Notes: generated by a model from the sequence alone, not told the origin. Shown: positions 29,088 to 38,076, numbered from the stretch's first letter. The stretch is 64,000 nucleotides of DNA from Dehalococcoidia bacterium (GCA_963667205.1 OY762959.1:680857-744856), one strand, 5' to 3'. Made by a program: numbers and translations.

Positions 29088-29672
29088 ATGACGGAAGAGC
29101 GACGAAATATAGTCACGTCTGCTAAGAACCTCGTGGTCGACGCTGTGAAAGGCGTGGGCGATATCCTGCAGGCCGCGGTCGACACCGTGAGCGGTACACT
29201 CGTCAGCGCGCTTAAGGGTGTCGGCGCAATCACGCAGGAGGCAACCAACGTTATCTTTGACACCGTCCGTGGGGTAATCCAGGGCGTGGCGGATACTGGC
29301 CAGGATCTCACCAAGGCCGCCAAGGGGATCATGATCGGCCTCGTGCGCGCCACCGGCGAGACAGGCACGGAGACGATGGGTGCTATCGAGACAACGGCCA
29401 GTGCTGTTGTCAAGAGCACGGCAGAGGTCGGTGGAGACATCGTGGACGCCGCCAAGGGCACCGTCGAAGGCGCGATCGAAGGGGCCAAGGAGCTGGGACT
29501 GAGCGCGGAAGACGCCGCGTCGGCCGCCGCAACCGGCGCTGTGAAGGCGGCTGGCGACATCAGCGCCTCGGCCGGGGCGCGCGTTCGAGATGGCCTGAGC
29601 GGCACGATCTCAGGTGTAAAGGTCGTTGTCAAAGCACCGTTCAATAACGAGGACCATAAGGAAGAGAAGTAA
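29088..29672 (+). CDS. Ala/Gly/Val-rich amphipathic 11-mer-repeat protein (LEA/phasin-like), island cargo
   Basis: RBS AAAGGATGG. Repeats VDAVKGVGDIL / VSALKGVGAIT / DTVRGVIQGVA / AAKGIMIGLVR / DAAKGTVEGAI. No family assignable from sequence alone. Confidence 0.5.
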   Translation: MTEERRNIVTSAKNLVVDAVKGVGDILQAAVDTVSGTLVSALKGVGAITQEATNVIFDTVRGVIQGVADTGQDLTKAAKGIMIGLVRATGETGTETMGAIETTASAVVKSTAEVGGDIVDAAKGTVEGAIEGAKELGLSAEDAASAAATGAVKAAGDISASAGARVRDGLSGTISGVKVVVKAPFNNEDHKEEK

Positions 29673-29803
29673 CTCCCGAGCCACAAGAGGTCCGGCGGGT
29701 CATTCGACGCCAAACTTCGTCTTGAATAGGTAGCGGACGAACTCGCGGGATTTGGCGATGGTAGCCAACCGGGATCGGTTGCCGCGAGATGAGGGGGCGA
29801 GGC

Positions 29804-29995
29804 TCACGCGCTCGTCTCTTCAGCCTGCTCGGCCTGCAGTTGGGCCACGAAGCGTTCGACCTCGCTTGTCGGAATCCTGATCGCTCGTCCAATCCGAACT
29901 GTGCTCAGGCGACCCTCCTGGATCAGTTCGTAGGTCTTGCTCCGGCCGAGGCTCATGTGCTCGGCGGCCGCAGGGATCGTCAGTAGTAGCTGCAT
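29804..29995 (-). CDS. Small HTH DNA-binding protein (excisionase/AlpA-like)
   Basis: ATG at 29995: MQLLLTIPAAAEHMSLGRSKTYELIQEGRLSTVRIGRAIRIPTSEVERFV (HTH_17-type). Confidence 0.55.
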   Translation of the reverse strand: MQLLLTIPAAAEHMSLGRSKTYELIQEGRLSTVRIGRAIRIPTSEVERFVAQLQAEQAEETSA

Positions 29996-30096
29996 TGTGC
30001 TTTCCTCCGTCCTGAACTCATTCGCTACGATCAGGATGGATGTCAGCGCGCAGAACCGCACGAAACGATATTTGCCAATTATCGTTTCGCGGGGGC

Positions 30097-30948
30097 CTAT
30101 GTCACGCGCAGGAGAGAGAGGAGGTGGTCAACCTGCTTAATCCCCCCGCGAATAACGGGCTCGTCGGGAGCGATGTCTATCTCGTCCTCGTCGGCTCCGT
30201 CAGTTATCTCATCCGCGATGTCCTTAACGCTCCTGCTTTCGCATTTGCGCAGATACCACCACTGGACGTTGCGTTGTAGTTGACCAAGGGAGTCGCTTCG
30301 AGGCTTCCTGGTCGGAAGGCCGCTTCGATCCCCTACGATTCTTACTATCTTTCGTAGGCAAAGTTCAGCCTCCTGAAGGTTTCTGACCCTGAGATCAATA
30401 GAGCTTCCTTCTTCGTCCGAGAACAATCTAACGGAGGGCAGACCCTGTCCGAGCGCGTAGATGCCAGCCTTCAGATCCGTCTCCCGATGAGTGTAGGAGG
30501 TCAGGGCAGCAACTTGAAGATGGATGGTCAGTCGGAACGGCGTTGTACCCACGGGGGATGGTCTAAATTCGCCACTGTCAGCGGTGAACCGACCGGCGAC
30601 AAATCCATGTATCAAGCTGGGGCCCCAGGCCTCGCCGAGATTCAGCTTCGCATTGAGGTCGGTGACCGATTCTAGATACGGCTTGACCCGCTCCGCGCGC
30701 GATTCCACTCGCGCACGATCCTCGGGGCCAAGCGGATCGGCCTAGGCCGTATCCATCAAATCCGCGATGTCTAGGAAGCTTGAGCGATCATGGCGTCCGA
30801 CGGTCTCGTCAAAGACCTTGATCAGGCGAGGCAGTTCGGCCCTCAGGGTCGTTTTTGCGGCCAGGAGCCTTGGCAGCCACTGCCATATCACCGCGTGCGC
30901 CGCTTGGAGCTCGTGCGGTGCCGGCGGCTTGCCATCTCGTTTGTCCAT
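30097..30948 (-). CDS. Hypothetical island protein (about 280 aa) interrupted by in-frame TAG at 30742-30744
   Basis: ORFs 30742..30948 and 30097..30708 share a frame. Translation continues ..LMDTA*ADPLGPEDRARVESRAERVKPYLES... No recognisable domain. Confidence 0.4.
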
Positions 30949-31007
30949 AGTTGTCCATCCTGCGTATTGACACCATTATACATTTATGTTTGCATGGTGA
31001 CAATACT

Positions 31008-31226
31008 ATGAACAGCAAGCTGGCATATTCACTTGATGAAGTCGCGGAGCTACTTGGCGTCTCCCGCGCATCCGTCGATCGTGCCATTCGCGCCGGAAAG
31101 ATGCGCGTGGCACGGCTCGGCCACCGGACAGTTCGAGTGACGGACGAAGCTTTGCGTGACTACCTGAAGGCACACGAAGAGACTGGGCCGCGTGACAGGC
31201 AGAAAGGTACGGAAGGCGATGGGTAA
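31008..31226 (+). CDS. xis: Excisionase-type HTH protein
   Basis: MNSKLAYSLDEVAELLGVSRASVDRAIRAGKMRVARLGHRTVRVTDEALRDYLK. Overlaps the int start by 8 nt. Confidence 0.6.
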   Translation: MNSKLAYSLDEVAELLGVSRASVDRAIRAGKMRVARLGHRTVRVTDEALRDYLKAHEETGPRDRQKGTEGDG

Positions 31227-32364
31227 GAAGCGGGGTAACGCTGAAGGCAGCATCCACAAGCGCCGTGACAATCGCTGGGCAGCCACGATTCATCTGGGAT
31301 ACGAGAATGGGAAGCGAAAGAGACGAACGTACTACTCCAGTACGGGGCATGGCGCTGTAAAGAAGCTGGCCGCCGCGCAGCGGGCCCTTGATGGAGGGCT
31401 GCCTCTCCCCTCCGAGACCGCCACCGTGTCCGCGTTTCTCCGGGGCTGGGTCGATGGGTCTGTACGCCCAAAGCTCAGGCCAAGAACCTTCCAGTCGTAC
31501 CAGATGATCGTCGAGCGACACTTGGTGCCCGCACTGGGCCGGACTCGACTGACTCGGTTGACGCCCGACGCACTCGAAACCTACATGAACCGCAAGTTGG
31601 AGGACGGCCTGACACCTCTCACGATCCGCAATCATTTGGCTGTCTTGCGTAGCGCACTTAGTCAGGCGCTGAACCGGGGACTGGTCCAGCGAAATGTCGC
31701 CTCGCTCGTGACGCCGCCACGAGACAGGAAGCAGGAGGTTCAGCCTCTTAGTCCAGAGGAGGCGCGAGCCTTTCTCGACGCGGTCAAGGGCAACAGACTA
31801 GAGGCGCTGTATGGCCTCGCTCTGGGGTTGGGCCTCCGCCAGGGCGAAGCCCTTGGCCTCACGTGGGATGACATTGACCTGGAATCTGGAACATTGTCTG
31901 TCCGACATACACTTCAACGCTACGATCGTGCGTATCACCTGGACGAGCCGAAGACATCGAGATCGAGACGCACGATCGCGCTCCCACGCCCCCTGGTCAA
32001 GGCGCTGCGCGGCCACAGAACCCGTCAGGTCGAGGAGCGACTGCGAGCAGGGCAAGGCTGGGAGGGTGATCGTTGGAGTCTGATCTTCACGACGATGGCG
32101 GGCAAGCCACTCTCAAGTGCAGTCGTCACACATGGCTTCCAGGAGACCCTCGCGGCTGCCGGTCTTCCTCGACAGAAGTTCCATGATCTCCGGCACGCTG
32201 CTGCATCGTTTATGCTGGTTCAGGGCGTCGCTCTGAGAGTAGTCATGGAAGTGCTGGGCCACAGTGACATCGCGGTCACAGCTAACACGTACAGCCACGT
32301 AATGCCTGATCTCCAGAGGGACGCTACCGAGAGCGTCGGAGAGCTTCTCTGGGCCACTTCTTGA
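31219..32364 (+). CDS. int: Tyrosine-type site-specific integrase
   Basis: SAM-like N-domain. Catalytic R...HxxR...Y (..HDLRHAAASFMLVQGVALRVVMEVLGHSDIAVTANTYSHV). Lies 97 nt upstream of the tRNA-Arg start. Confidence 0.9.
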   Translation: MGKKRGNAEGSIHKRRDNRWAATIHLGYENGKRKRRTYYSSTGHGAVKKLAAAQRALDGGLPLPSETATVSAFLRGWVDGSVRPKLRPRTFQSYQMIVERHLVPALGRTRLTRLTPDALETYMNRKLEDGLTPLTIRNHLAVLRSALSQALNRGLVQRNVASLVTPPRDRKQEVQPLSPEEARAFLDAVKGNRLEALYGLALGLGLRQGEALGLTWDDIDLESGTLSVRHTLQRYDRAYHLDEPKTSRSRRTIALPRPLVKALRGHRTRQVEERLRAGQGWEGDRWSLIFTTMAGKPLSSAVVTHGFQETLAAAGLPRQKFHDLRHAAASFMLVQGVALRVVMEVLGHSDIAVTANTYSHVMPDLQRDATESVGELLWATS

Positions 32365-32368
32365 TCTG

Positions 32369-32403
32369 GTGGCTGTCAACGTGGCTGTCAATGGTCGCTG
32401 TCG
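32369..32403 (+). promoter_or_regulatory. Tandem GTGGCTGTCAA x2 plus degenerate third copy (putative arm-type sites, right arm)
   Basis: GTGGCTGTCAAcGTGGCTGTCAAtGGTCGCTGTCGcc, 12-nt period, between the int stop and attR. Same motif as 25836-25858. Confidence 0.5.
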
Positions 32404-32461
32404 CCGAGGTCAGCGACTCGACGAGCGACCCCGTTCGAATCTAGAATGACTCGGAGCCCCC

Positions 32462-32537
32462 GTAGCTCAGTGGAAAGAGCATCGGTTTCCTAAACCGTGT
32501 GTCGCAGGTTCGAGTCCTGCCGGGGGCACCACTATTT
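32462..32537 (+). tRNA. tRNA-Arg (anticodon CCT), reconstituted at attR
   Basis: Acceptor GCCCCCG/CGGGGGC, D-arm GCTC/GAGC, anticodon loop TTCCTAA, T-loop TTCGAGT, CCA encoded. Its 5' 38 nt are duplicated at 25694-25731. Confidence 0.9.
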
Positions 32538-32566
32538 CCAGTGCCTAGCCAACGACAGGAGGACTC

Positions 32567-33358
32567 ATGGGACGCTTGGACACAAAAGTAGCGATCATAA
32601 CCGGCGCCGCGGGCGGTATTGGACGCACGACGGCGCAGTTGTTCGCCTCTGAAGGGGCGAAGGTGATAGTCGCCGACTGGGATGAGGCTGGCGTCGAGAC
32701 GTCAGCCCAGCAGATCCGCGAGGCCGGCGGAGAGGCGACCTCCCTTCGTGTGGACGTCTCCAACGCCGAAGACGTGCAGGGCATGGCGCACGCCGCCGCG
32801 GAGAAGTACGGGCAGATCGACGTCCTCTTCAACAACGCCGGAGTCGAAGGGGACACGCAGGCGTTCACCGCGGACTGCACGCTGGAGAACTGGGACCGCG
32901 TTATCTCAATCAACCTAACGGGCGTGTTCCTGGGGATGAAGTACGTGATCCCGTACATGCTGAAGAGCGGGGGTGGCTCCATCATCAACACGTCCTCCAT
33001 CTCCGGACTCGTCGGCTATCCTCCGGGAATGCCTGCGTACACCGCCTCCAAGGGAGCGGTGATTCAGCTGAGCCGCACGACGGCCATGGAGTATGCCAAG
33101 AAGAACATCAGGGTCAACGCCATCTGCCCGGGAGTCATTCGCACCGGCATGTCTGACCGCTTTATCGAGAGGGGAAACGACTCGCTGGGGAGCGGCGGAA
33201 GCGATGAGCGGAGGAAGGCGCTTGAGGCGCTGGAGCCGATGGGACGGCTGGGCGAGGCTGAGGAGATCGCGCGGATGGCGCTCTTCCTGGCTTCTGACGA
33301 GTCGAGCTACTGCACGGGCGCCCCGTTCATCGTCGACGGCGGGTTCGTCGCTACCTGA
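32567..33358 (+). CDS. SDR-family short-chain dehydrogenase/reductase
   Basis: TGAAGGIGRTTA (Rossmann), NNAG, catalytic S..YTASK. Confidence 0.9.
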   Translation: MGRLDTKVAIITGAAGGIGRTTAQLFASEGAKVIVADWDEAGVETSAQQIREAGGEATSLRVDVSNAEDVQGMAHAAAEKYGQIDVLFNNAGVEGDTQAFTADCTLENWDRVISINLTGVFLGMKYVIPYMLKSGGGSIINTSSISGLVGYPPGMPAYTASKGAVIQLSRTTAMEYAKKNIRVNAICPGVIRTGMSDRFIERGNDSLGSGGSDERRKALEALEPMGRLGEAEEIARMALFLASDESSYCTGAPFIVDGGFVAT

Positions 33359-33385
33359 TCGGCTCTGACGGCCGGTGATGGAGTA

Positions 33386-34357
33386 GATGAGTTAGCGATA
33401 GCGAAGAAGGCCAGGGTCCTCTCAATCGATGGTGGTGGGATCAGAGGCATCATCGCCGCCGCTATCCTCTCAGAGCTGGAGCAGGCGACAGGCAAGCCGA
33501 TCGCTAAGCTGTTCGACCTGATCGTCGGCACTTCCTCCGGCGGCGTGCTGGCCCTTGGGCTGGTGATGCCGGGAGAAGACGGCGCGCCGAAGTACACGGC
33601 AGATGACGGCGTGAGGCTCTACATGGTTGAGGGCCATCGCATCTTCTCTCGCTCGACCGTTCACAAGGTGCGTTCCGTCTGGAGCATCGAGGGTGAGAAG
33701 TACCCGGCCGCCGGGATCGAAGCCGTCTTCAAGGAGTACTACGGCGAGACGAGGCTGAAGGACGCCATAACGCCGGTCATGGTGACGAGCTATGAGATCG
33801 AACGCCGCGCTCCGTTCTTCTTCAAGAGCGAGGTCGCCAAGAAGGGCGCAGCGGAGTACGACTTTCCGATGTGGCAGGTCGCGCGGGCGACGACTGCCGC
33901 GCCGACGTACTTCAAGCCCGCCAGGCTCGTCGCCGCCAGCGGGTCCCGGACCTACTCGCTGGTCGACGCGGGGATCTTCGCCAACAACCCGGCGATGTGC
34001 GCTCTGGTGGAAGCTCGATCGATGGGCCTCGGAGACGACGTTCTGATCGTCTCCCTGGGCAGCGGCGAGTCGACGCAGCCGATCCTCTACGAGAGGGCCG
34101 CCGGGTGGGGACTGAGGCAGTGGGCGCAGCCGCTGTTCGGCATTAGCTTCGACGGCACGAGCTCCACCGTGAACTACCAGCTGCGGCAGCTGCTTCCAGA
34201 GGACCGCTACTATCGCTTCCAGGCGAAGCTCAACGAATGGAACGACGACATGGACGACACCAGCCCGACAAACCTGCGCTCGCTTCAACTGCTAGGGCAG
34301 AGCATCGTTGAGGAAAACGCCACCGCTTTTGAAGAGCTGTGCGAACAACTCTCGTGA
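33386..34357 (+). CDS. Patatin-like phospholipase (start region anomalous)
   Basis: DGGGIRG oxyanion motif and GTSSGG nucleophile elbow. The frame is open from 33359 but has no ATG/GTG/TTG upstream of DGGG. ATGAGT at 33387 is in the +1 frame; a 1-nt indel would give MSxAIAKKARVLSIDGGGIRG. Confidence 0.75.
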   Translation, partial: DELAIAKKARVLSIDGGGIRGIIAAAILSELEQATGKPIAKLFDLIVGTSSGGVLALGLVMPGEDGAPKYTADDGVRLYMVEGHRIFSRSTVHKVRSVWSIEGEKYPAAGIEAVFKEYYGETRLKDAITPVMVTSYEIERRAPFFFKSEVAKKGAAEYDFPMWQVARATTAAPTYFKPARLVAASGSRTYSLVDAGIFANNPAMCALVEARSMGLGDDVLIVSLGSGESTQPILYERAAGWGLRQWAQPLFGISFDGTSSTVNYQLRQLLPEDRYYRFQAKLNEWNDDMDDTSPTNLRSLQLLGQSIVEENATAFEELCEQLS

Positions 34358-34380
34358 CGCTGCCGCTGGCGCAGTCCCGC

Positions 34381-36152
34381 TCAGGTGAAGTCGAAGACTA
34401 GCTTCACATCGCTGCCCATGCCGGGGCAGTCCACCCCCTGGCTGACGCTCAGCCCGGCGTCGAAGCGCAGGATCTTCAGCGAGTCGACGGGCGAGACCTC
34501 ACCCGAGCAGTCGACGTCGCCCCACAGATGCAGCGAGGCATCCTGGACGTCGATGATCTGACCGAAGAGCGGGCAGTCGCCGGTGTCGGTGCTCAACCCG
34601 GCATCGGAACGCAGGGTGATCAGCGAGTCCACGGGATCGACGGCCACTGAGCAGTTGTTGTCGGCCCAGACCGCTTGCTGGGCGAAAGGCGTGGCGGTCG
34701 CCGTGGGAGTGGGCTCCGTCGTGAGAATGATCGGCTCGCCGACGTCGTGGTCGAAGTCGAGGGGCGAATCGAGGAGGAAGGAGCCGAAGCCGGTGATGCC
34801 CTTGATCTCTTCGTTGGTGCCACCGGGATTGATGCTGATGAAGTCGCCGACGTTGAACCCGGCTGCCGAGGCGACGTCGATCTCGCTGTCGCCGGCGGCG
34901 GCGCCGGCGATCGTCTCGGTCTCACTGGGCATCGTCGTGGGACTCGGGCTTGGGGGCTCAGCGTCGGGGTGGGCGAGACGGTCGCTGCGGCGCCGCAAGT
35001 GGCGCTGACGCAGTGCAGCACCTTCAGGTCGCCGTTGGAGACATCGTAGTAGCTGGCGACCGGGAAGCCGCTGGCGTCCAGCTTCAACGACATGTGGGCG
35101 CCGATGTTGCCCGGCCCGTCCGGAGAGGCGATAACGTTGCCGGCGCTGCAGGTGGCATCGCCGCAGTGGATCACCTTGACGTCCTCGTTGGTGACGTCGC
35201 GGTAGGCCACCACCGGATTGCCGGCGGCGTCGAGCTCCAACGAGCTAAACGCGCCAACGTTGTCCACACCGTCCGGGACCTTGATGACGTTACCCGGCTG
35301 CAGTTGGCGTTGCCGCAGTGGACGACTTTCAGGTGTTGTTGTTGGCGTCGTAGTAGCTGACGACCGGAAAACCAGCGTCGTCCAGCGCCAGCGACGGCCA
35401 CGATCCGACAAGGGCGGACGCGTCCACCGTAGTGATGACGTTGCCAGCGCTGCAGATGGGGTTGCCGCAGTGGATCACTCGCAGGTTGATGGGGAATGCC
35501 TGGTAGGCCACCACCGGGTTGCCGAGCGCGTCCAGCATCAGGGAAGGGAAGCTGGCGAAGATGCCGGTGTCGGGAGTGGTGATCGTGTTGCCCGCGCTAC
35601 AGTTCGGGTCGCTGCGGTGGAGGATCTTCAGGTCGCGGTTCGTGCTGTCGGTGTAGGCGACAATCGGATTGCCGGCCCCGTCCAGCGCAAGGGACGTAGA
35701 GAGAGCGACATCGTCCACCCCGTCCGGCGAGGTGATGGAGTTGACGCCAGCGCAGTTCGGATTGCTGCAGTGGATCACCTTCAGATCACCGTTGGTTCGA
35801 TCATGATAGCTGATCACCGGGTTGCCGCCCGCGTCCAGCACCAGCGACGTGCCTTCGCCGACTTCCGTCTGTGACCCGTCTACGGAGGTGATGACGTTGC
35901 CGGCGCCACAGCCGGGATCGCCGCAGTGCACCAACTTCAGGTCGCCGTTGGTTTCGTCCCAGTAGCTGATGACGGGACTGCCGCCGGCGTCCAGCGCCAT
36001 CGACGTGTACCCGCCGACACATCACCCACCGTGTCAACAGCGACGATGCTGGTGGTGCTGGCGCCGCCGGAGGGCGCGTGCCAGAGGAGGGCCGCGACCG
36101 CGAAGGCCGCGATCGCGGCAACGATCCAAAGCTGCGGCTTGACAAGCGTCAT
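34381..36152 (-). pseudogene. Secreted protein of tandem ~43-aa Cys-containing repeats (beta-propeller-like) plus C-terminal Cys-dockerin-like module; at least 4 frameshifts
   Basis: Signal peptide (ORF 35937..36152). Repeats G..SL.LD..GNPV.SY.D.TN.DLKV.HCGD..CSAGN.IT..D spread over ORFs 35329..36000, 35171..35401 and 34620..35411. Linker plus module in ORF 34381..34998. A 2-nt deletion relative to sister repeats is visible near 35300-35340. Confidence 0.6.
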
Positions 36153-36305
36153 CTCAAGTGCTCCCCTCCGGCCCTATGTGTTGGTATCAGATGCCGGTCT
36201 GCGGCAATTATAGGCGCGGCCCCCAGCCTTGTCCTGCGTTGACGGCGCCGGAAGCGCTCGCTACATTGGCCTCGAGGAGTCGCCAAGACCCCTGGGAGGC
36301 ACCTC

Positions 36306-37379
36306 ATGAGGAATCTAGCCCGCCGGCTCCTGTACCTATCAGCAGTCCTATGGGCGTTTACGCTGCTCTCCACGTTCGCGACGCCCGCGTGGGCAGAGAT
36401 CGAGGGCAACTGTGAGGCGACCATGAAAGGCGCCGACATCAGGAACCTAAGCAGCACGAGCGCCGGTGATGCCATCGATGTGGACGACAACGAGGTCGTC
36501 CTGGTGACCTTCACCTCAGCAGCTGGCTTCGCGTCACACGATATCGACCTGGAGATCGCCGGCGTCCGGCGGAACGTCTCCAGCCAGACCGACGGCGGGG
36601 ACACGCAGTGGTCAGAGACGGTCAACGTGAAGGACTACGCCTGGGTCGGTGCGGGCCTGTATAAGGTGAGAGGCTCAGCGACCCTTAGCAACGGCGCGAC
36701 CTGCTCTGGAGCCGCTCTGATTAACGTCACGCGCAACCCGCTGACGACTGTCGCGGGCGGGGCAGCCGCCGCGACGATGGCTGTGGGGTTGGGTGGCGTA
36801 GCCGCATCCGGAACGTCGTCAGCCATCCAGGGCAGGCGCACCGGCCGCAGGATCGAAGAGTGGGTCGTGGACGAGATTGATAAGGTCGGAAGCAGTCCGA
36901 AGCCACGGGAGATGTCGGGGCAGATGTCAGAAGGCGCAGCGTGGATTCACACGATGGATGTGTTCGTAGGCCCGTTCCTCCCCGGCTGGAGGATCCCGCC
37001 ATGCATCGTTCTGGCCCTTCCCGCGCTGCTCCTCACCGGGGCGGCGATGGCCATGCCCGAAGGCGAGCCGAAGGGTCCGGCCGACGGCTGGAGGCTCAGG
37101 CGGGCTTCCTGGCTGCCGCGGATTACGATCGCGGGGCTATTCGGCGGTCTCCTCGGCGGCATCGGGATCGTCGTCTTGCTCCAGCAGTACGGGGTGACGC
37201 CGCTGACTCAATCGCTGGCAATCACCGGCGCGGTAGTCGGCCTGGTCCTGGGCATAGTTATACCGTCGCTCGCGCACCTTTGGAGCGTCATGCACGTGAA
37301 CGGAAAGATCGACGGCGCTGAGAGGCAGCTCAAGCAGGCCGTGGCCGCGGCCGCTCCGCCCGTGGAGCCGCAGCCATGA
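36306..37379 (+). CDS. Hypothetical secreted/membrane protein (signal peptide, ~200-aa extracytoplasmic domain, C-terminal TM bundle)
   Basis: MRNLARRLLYLSAVLWAFTLLSTFATPAWA signal, then 4-5 predicted TMs. Stop overlaps the yidD start (ATGA). Confidence 0.5.
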   Translation: MRNLARRLLYLSAVLWAFTLLSTFATPAWAEIEGNCEATMKGADIRNLSSTSAGDAIDVDDNEVVLVTFTSAAGFASHDIDLEIAGVRRNVSSQTDGGDTQWSETVNVKDYAWVGAGLYKVRGSATLSNGATCSGAALINVTRNPLTTVAGGAAAATMAVGLGGVAASGTSSAIQGRRTGRRIEEWVVDEIDKVGSSPKPREMSGQMSEGAAWIHTMDVFVGPFLPGWRIPPCIVLALPALLLTGAAMAMPEGEPKGPADGWRLRRASWLPRITIAGLFGGLLGGIGIVVLLQQYGVTPLTQSLAITGAVVGLVLGIVIPSLAHLWSVMHVNGKIDGAERQLKQAVAAAAPPVEPQP

Positions 37380-37621
37380 GCAGCGAAGCGACCGCACGAG
37401 GGACGTCTGCGTTCTCGCGTTTCGCGGAGCGGTTCATCCTGACGTACAAGAGGCGCGTATCACCACGGCTCGGGGCGCACTGTCGCTTCGAGCCCAGCTG
37501 CTCGGAGTACGGCCTGGCGGCTTACCGGCGCTACGGGTTCGTCAGGGCCACCGCCAAGACGCTGTGGCGGATCGTGCGCTGCAATCCGCTGACCAGGGGC
37601 CCGCGATACGATCCGGCCTAG
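37376..37621 (+). CDS. yidD: Membrane protein insertion efficiency factor YidD
   Basis: ..CRFEPSCSEYGLAAYRRYG..RCNPLTRGPRYDP.. (the YidD signature). Confidence 0.85.
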   Translation: MSSEATARGTSAFSRFAERFILTYKRRVSPRLGAHCRFEPSCSEYGLAAYRRYGFVRATAKTLWRIVRCNPLTRGPRYDPA

Positions 37622-37636
37622 CGCAGCCTGATCGCG

Positions 37637-37996
37637 CTAAACCTGGGGGTACTGGACGAGCTGGCAGTAGTTGCCGTCGGGATCGAGGAACGTTGAGATC
37701 GTGCCGCCCCACTCTTCCTTGCCCTGGCTGCGGATGAAGCTGACGCCCTGGCTCTCGAGGCGCTCCTGCTCTGCCGCGATGTCCTCGACAACGAGATCGA
37801 CGAGCATGCGCTGCGGCTCGCCGGCCTGACCCTTAGTATCGCTGTGGCCATCGACGAGCAGGTGCGCGCCACCGACCGAGAAGGCGCCATCGCCCATTTC
37901 AGGCACGGTTGGCAGGCCGACGGTGTCGCGGTAGAAGCTCTTGAGGCGGTCGGGGTCCTCGCTGGTGATCTGGATGTGGAAGTTGTTGACCTTCAT
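37637..37996 (-). CDS. VOC-family (glyoxalase/bleomycin-resistance-like) protein
   Basis: ATG at 37996 (MKVNNFHIQITSED..) with AAGGA 9 nt upstream. About 120 aa. Confidence 0.65.
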   Translation of the reverse strand: MKVNNFHIQITSEDPDRLKSFYRDTVGLPTVPEMGDGAFSVGGAHLLVDGHSDTKGQAGEPQRMLVDLVVEDIAAEQERLESQGVSFIRSQGKEEWGGTISTFLDPDGNYCQLVQYPQV

Positions 37997-38076
37997 CTGT
38001 AAGTCCTTTCTTAGTTGAGACTGTGCCACGGTAAGGCCCGTCGATGACAGCGTGCTGTCAGGAGTGGATCAGCCGT

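Larger units (their letters stand above)
25690..32537. mobile_element. Integrative element (about 6.8 kb) inserted in tRNA-Arg(CCT)
   Basis: Bounded by the 42-bp direct repeats above. Carries int and xis adjacent to the reconstituted tRNA. GTGGCTGTCA arm-type tandem repeats inside both ends. Lower-GC cargo. Contains remnants of a second integrase and an IS. Confidence 0.75.

Noticed and set aside
33470-34288. 272-aa minus-strand ORF
   Set aside because: Antisense to the patatin gene.
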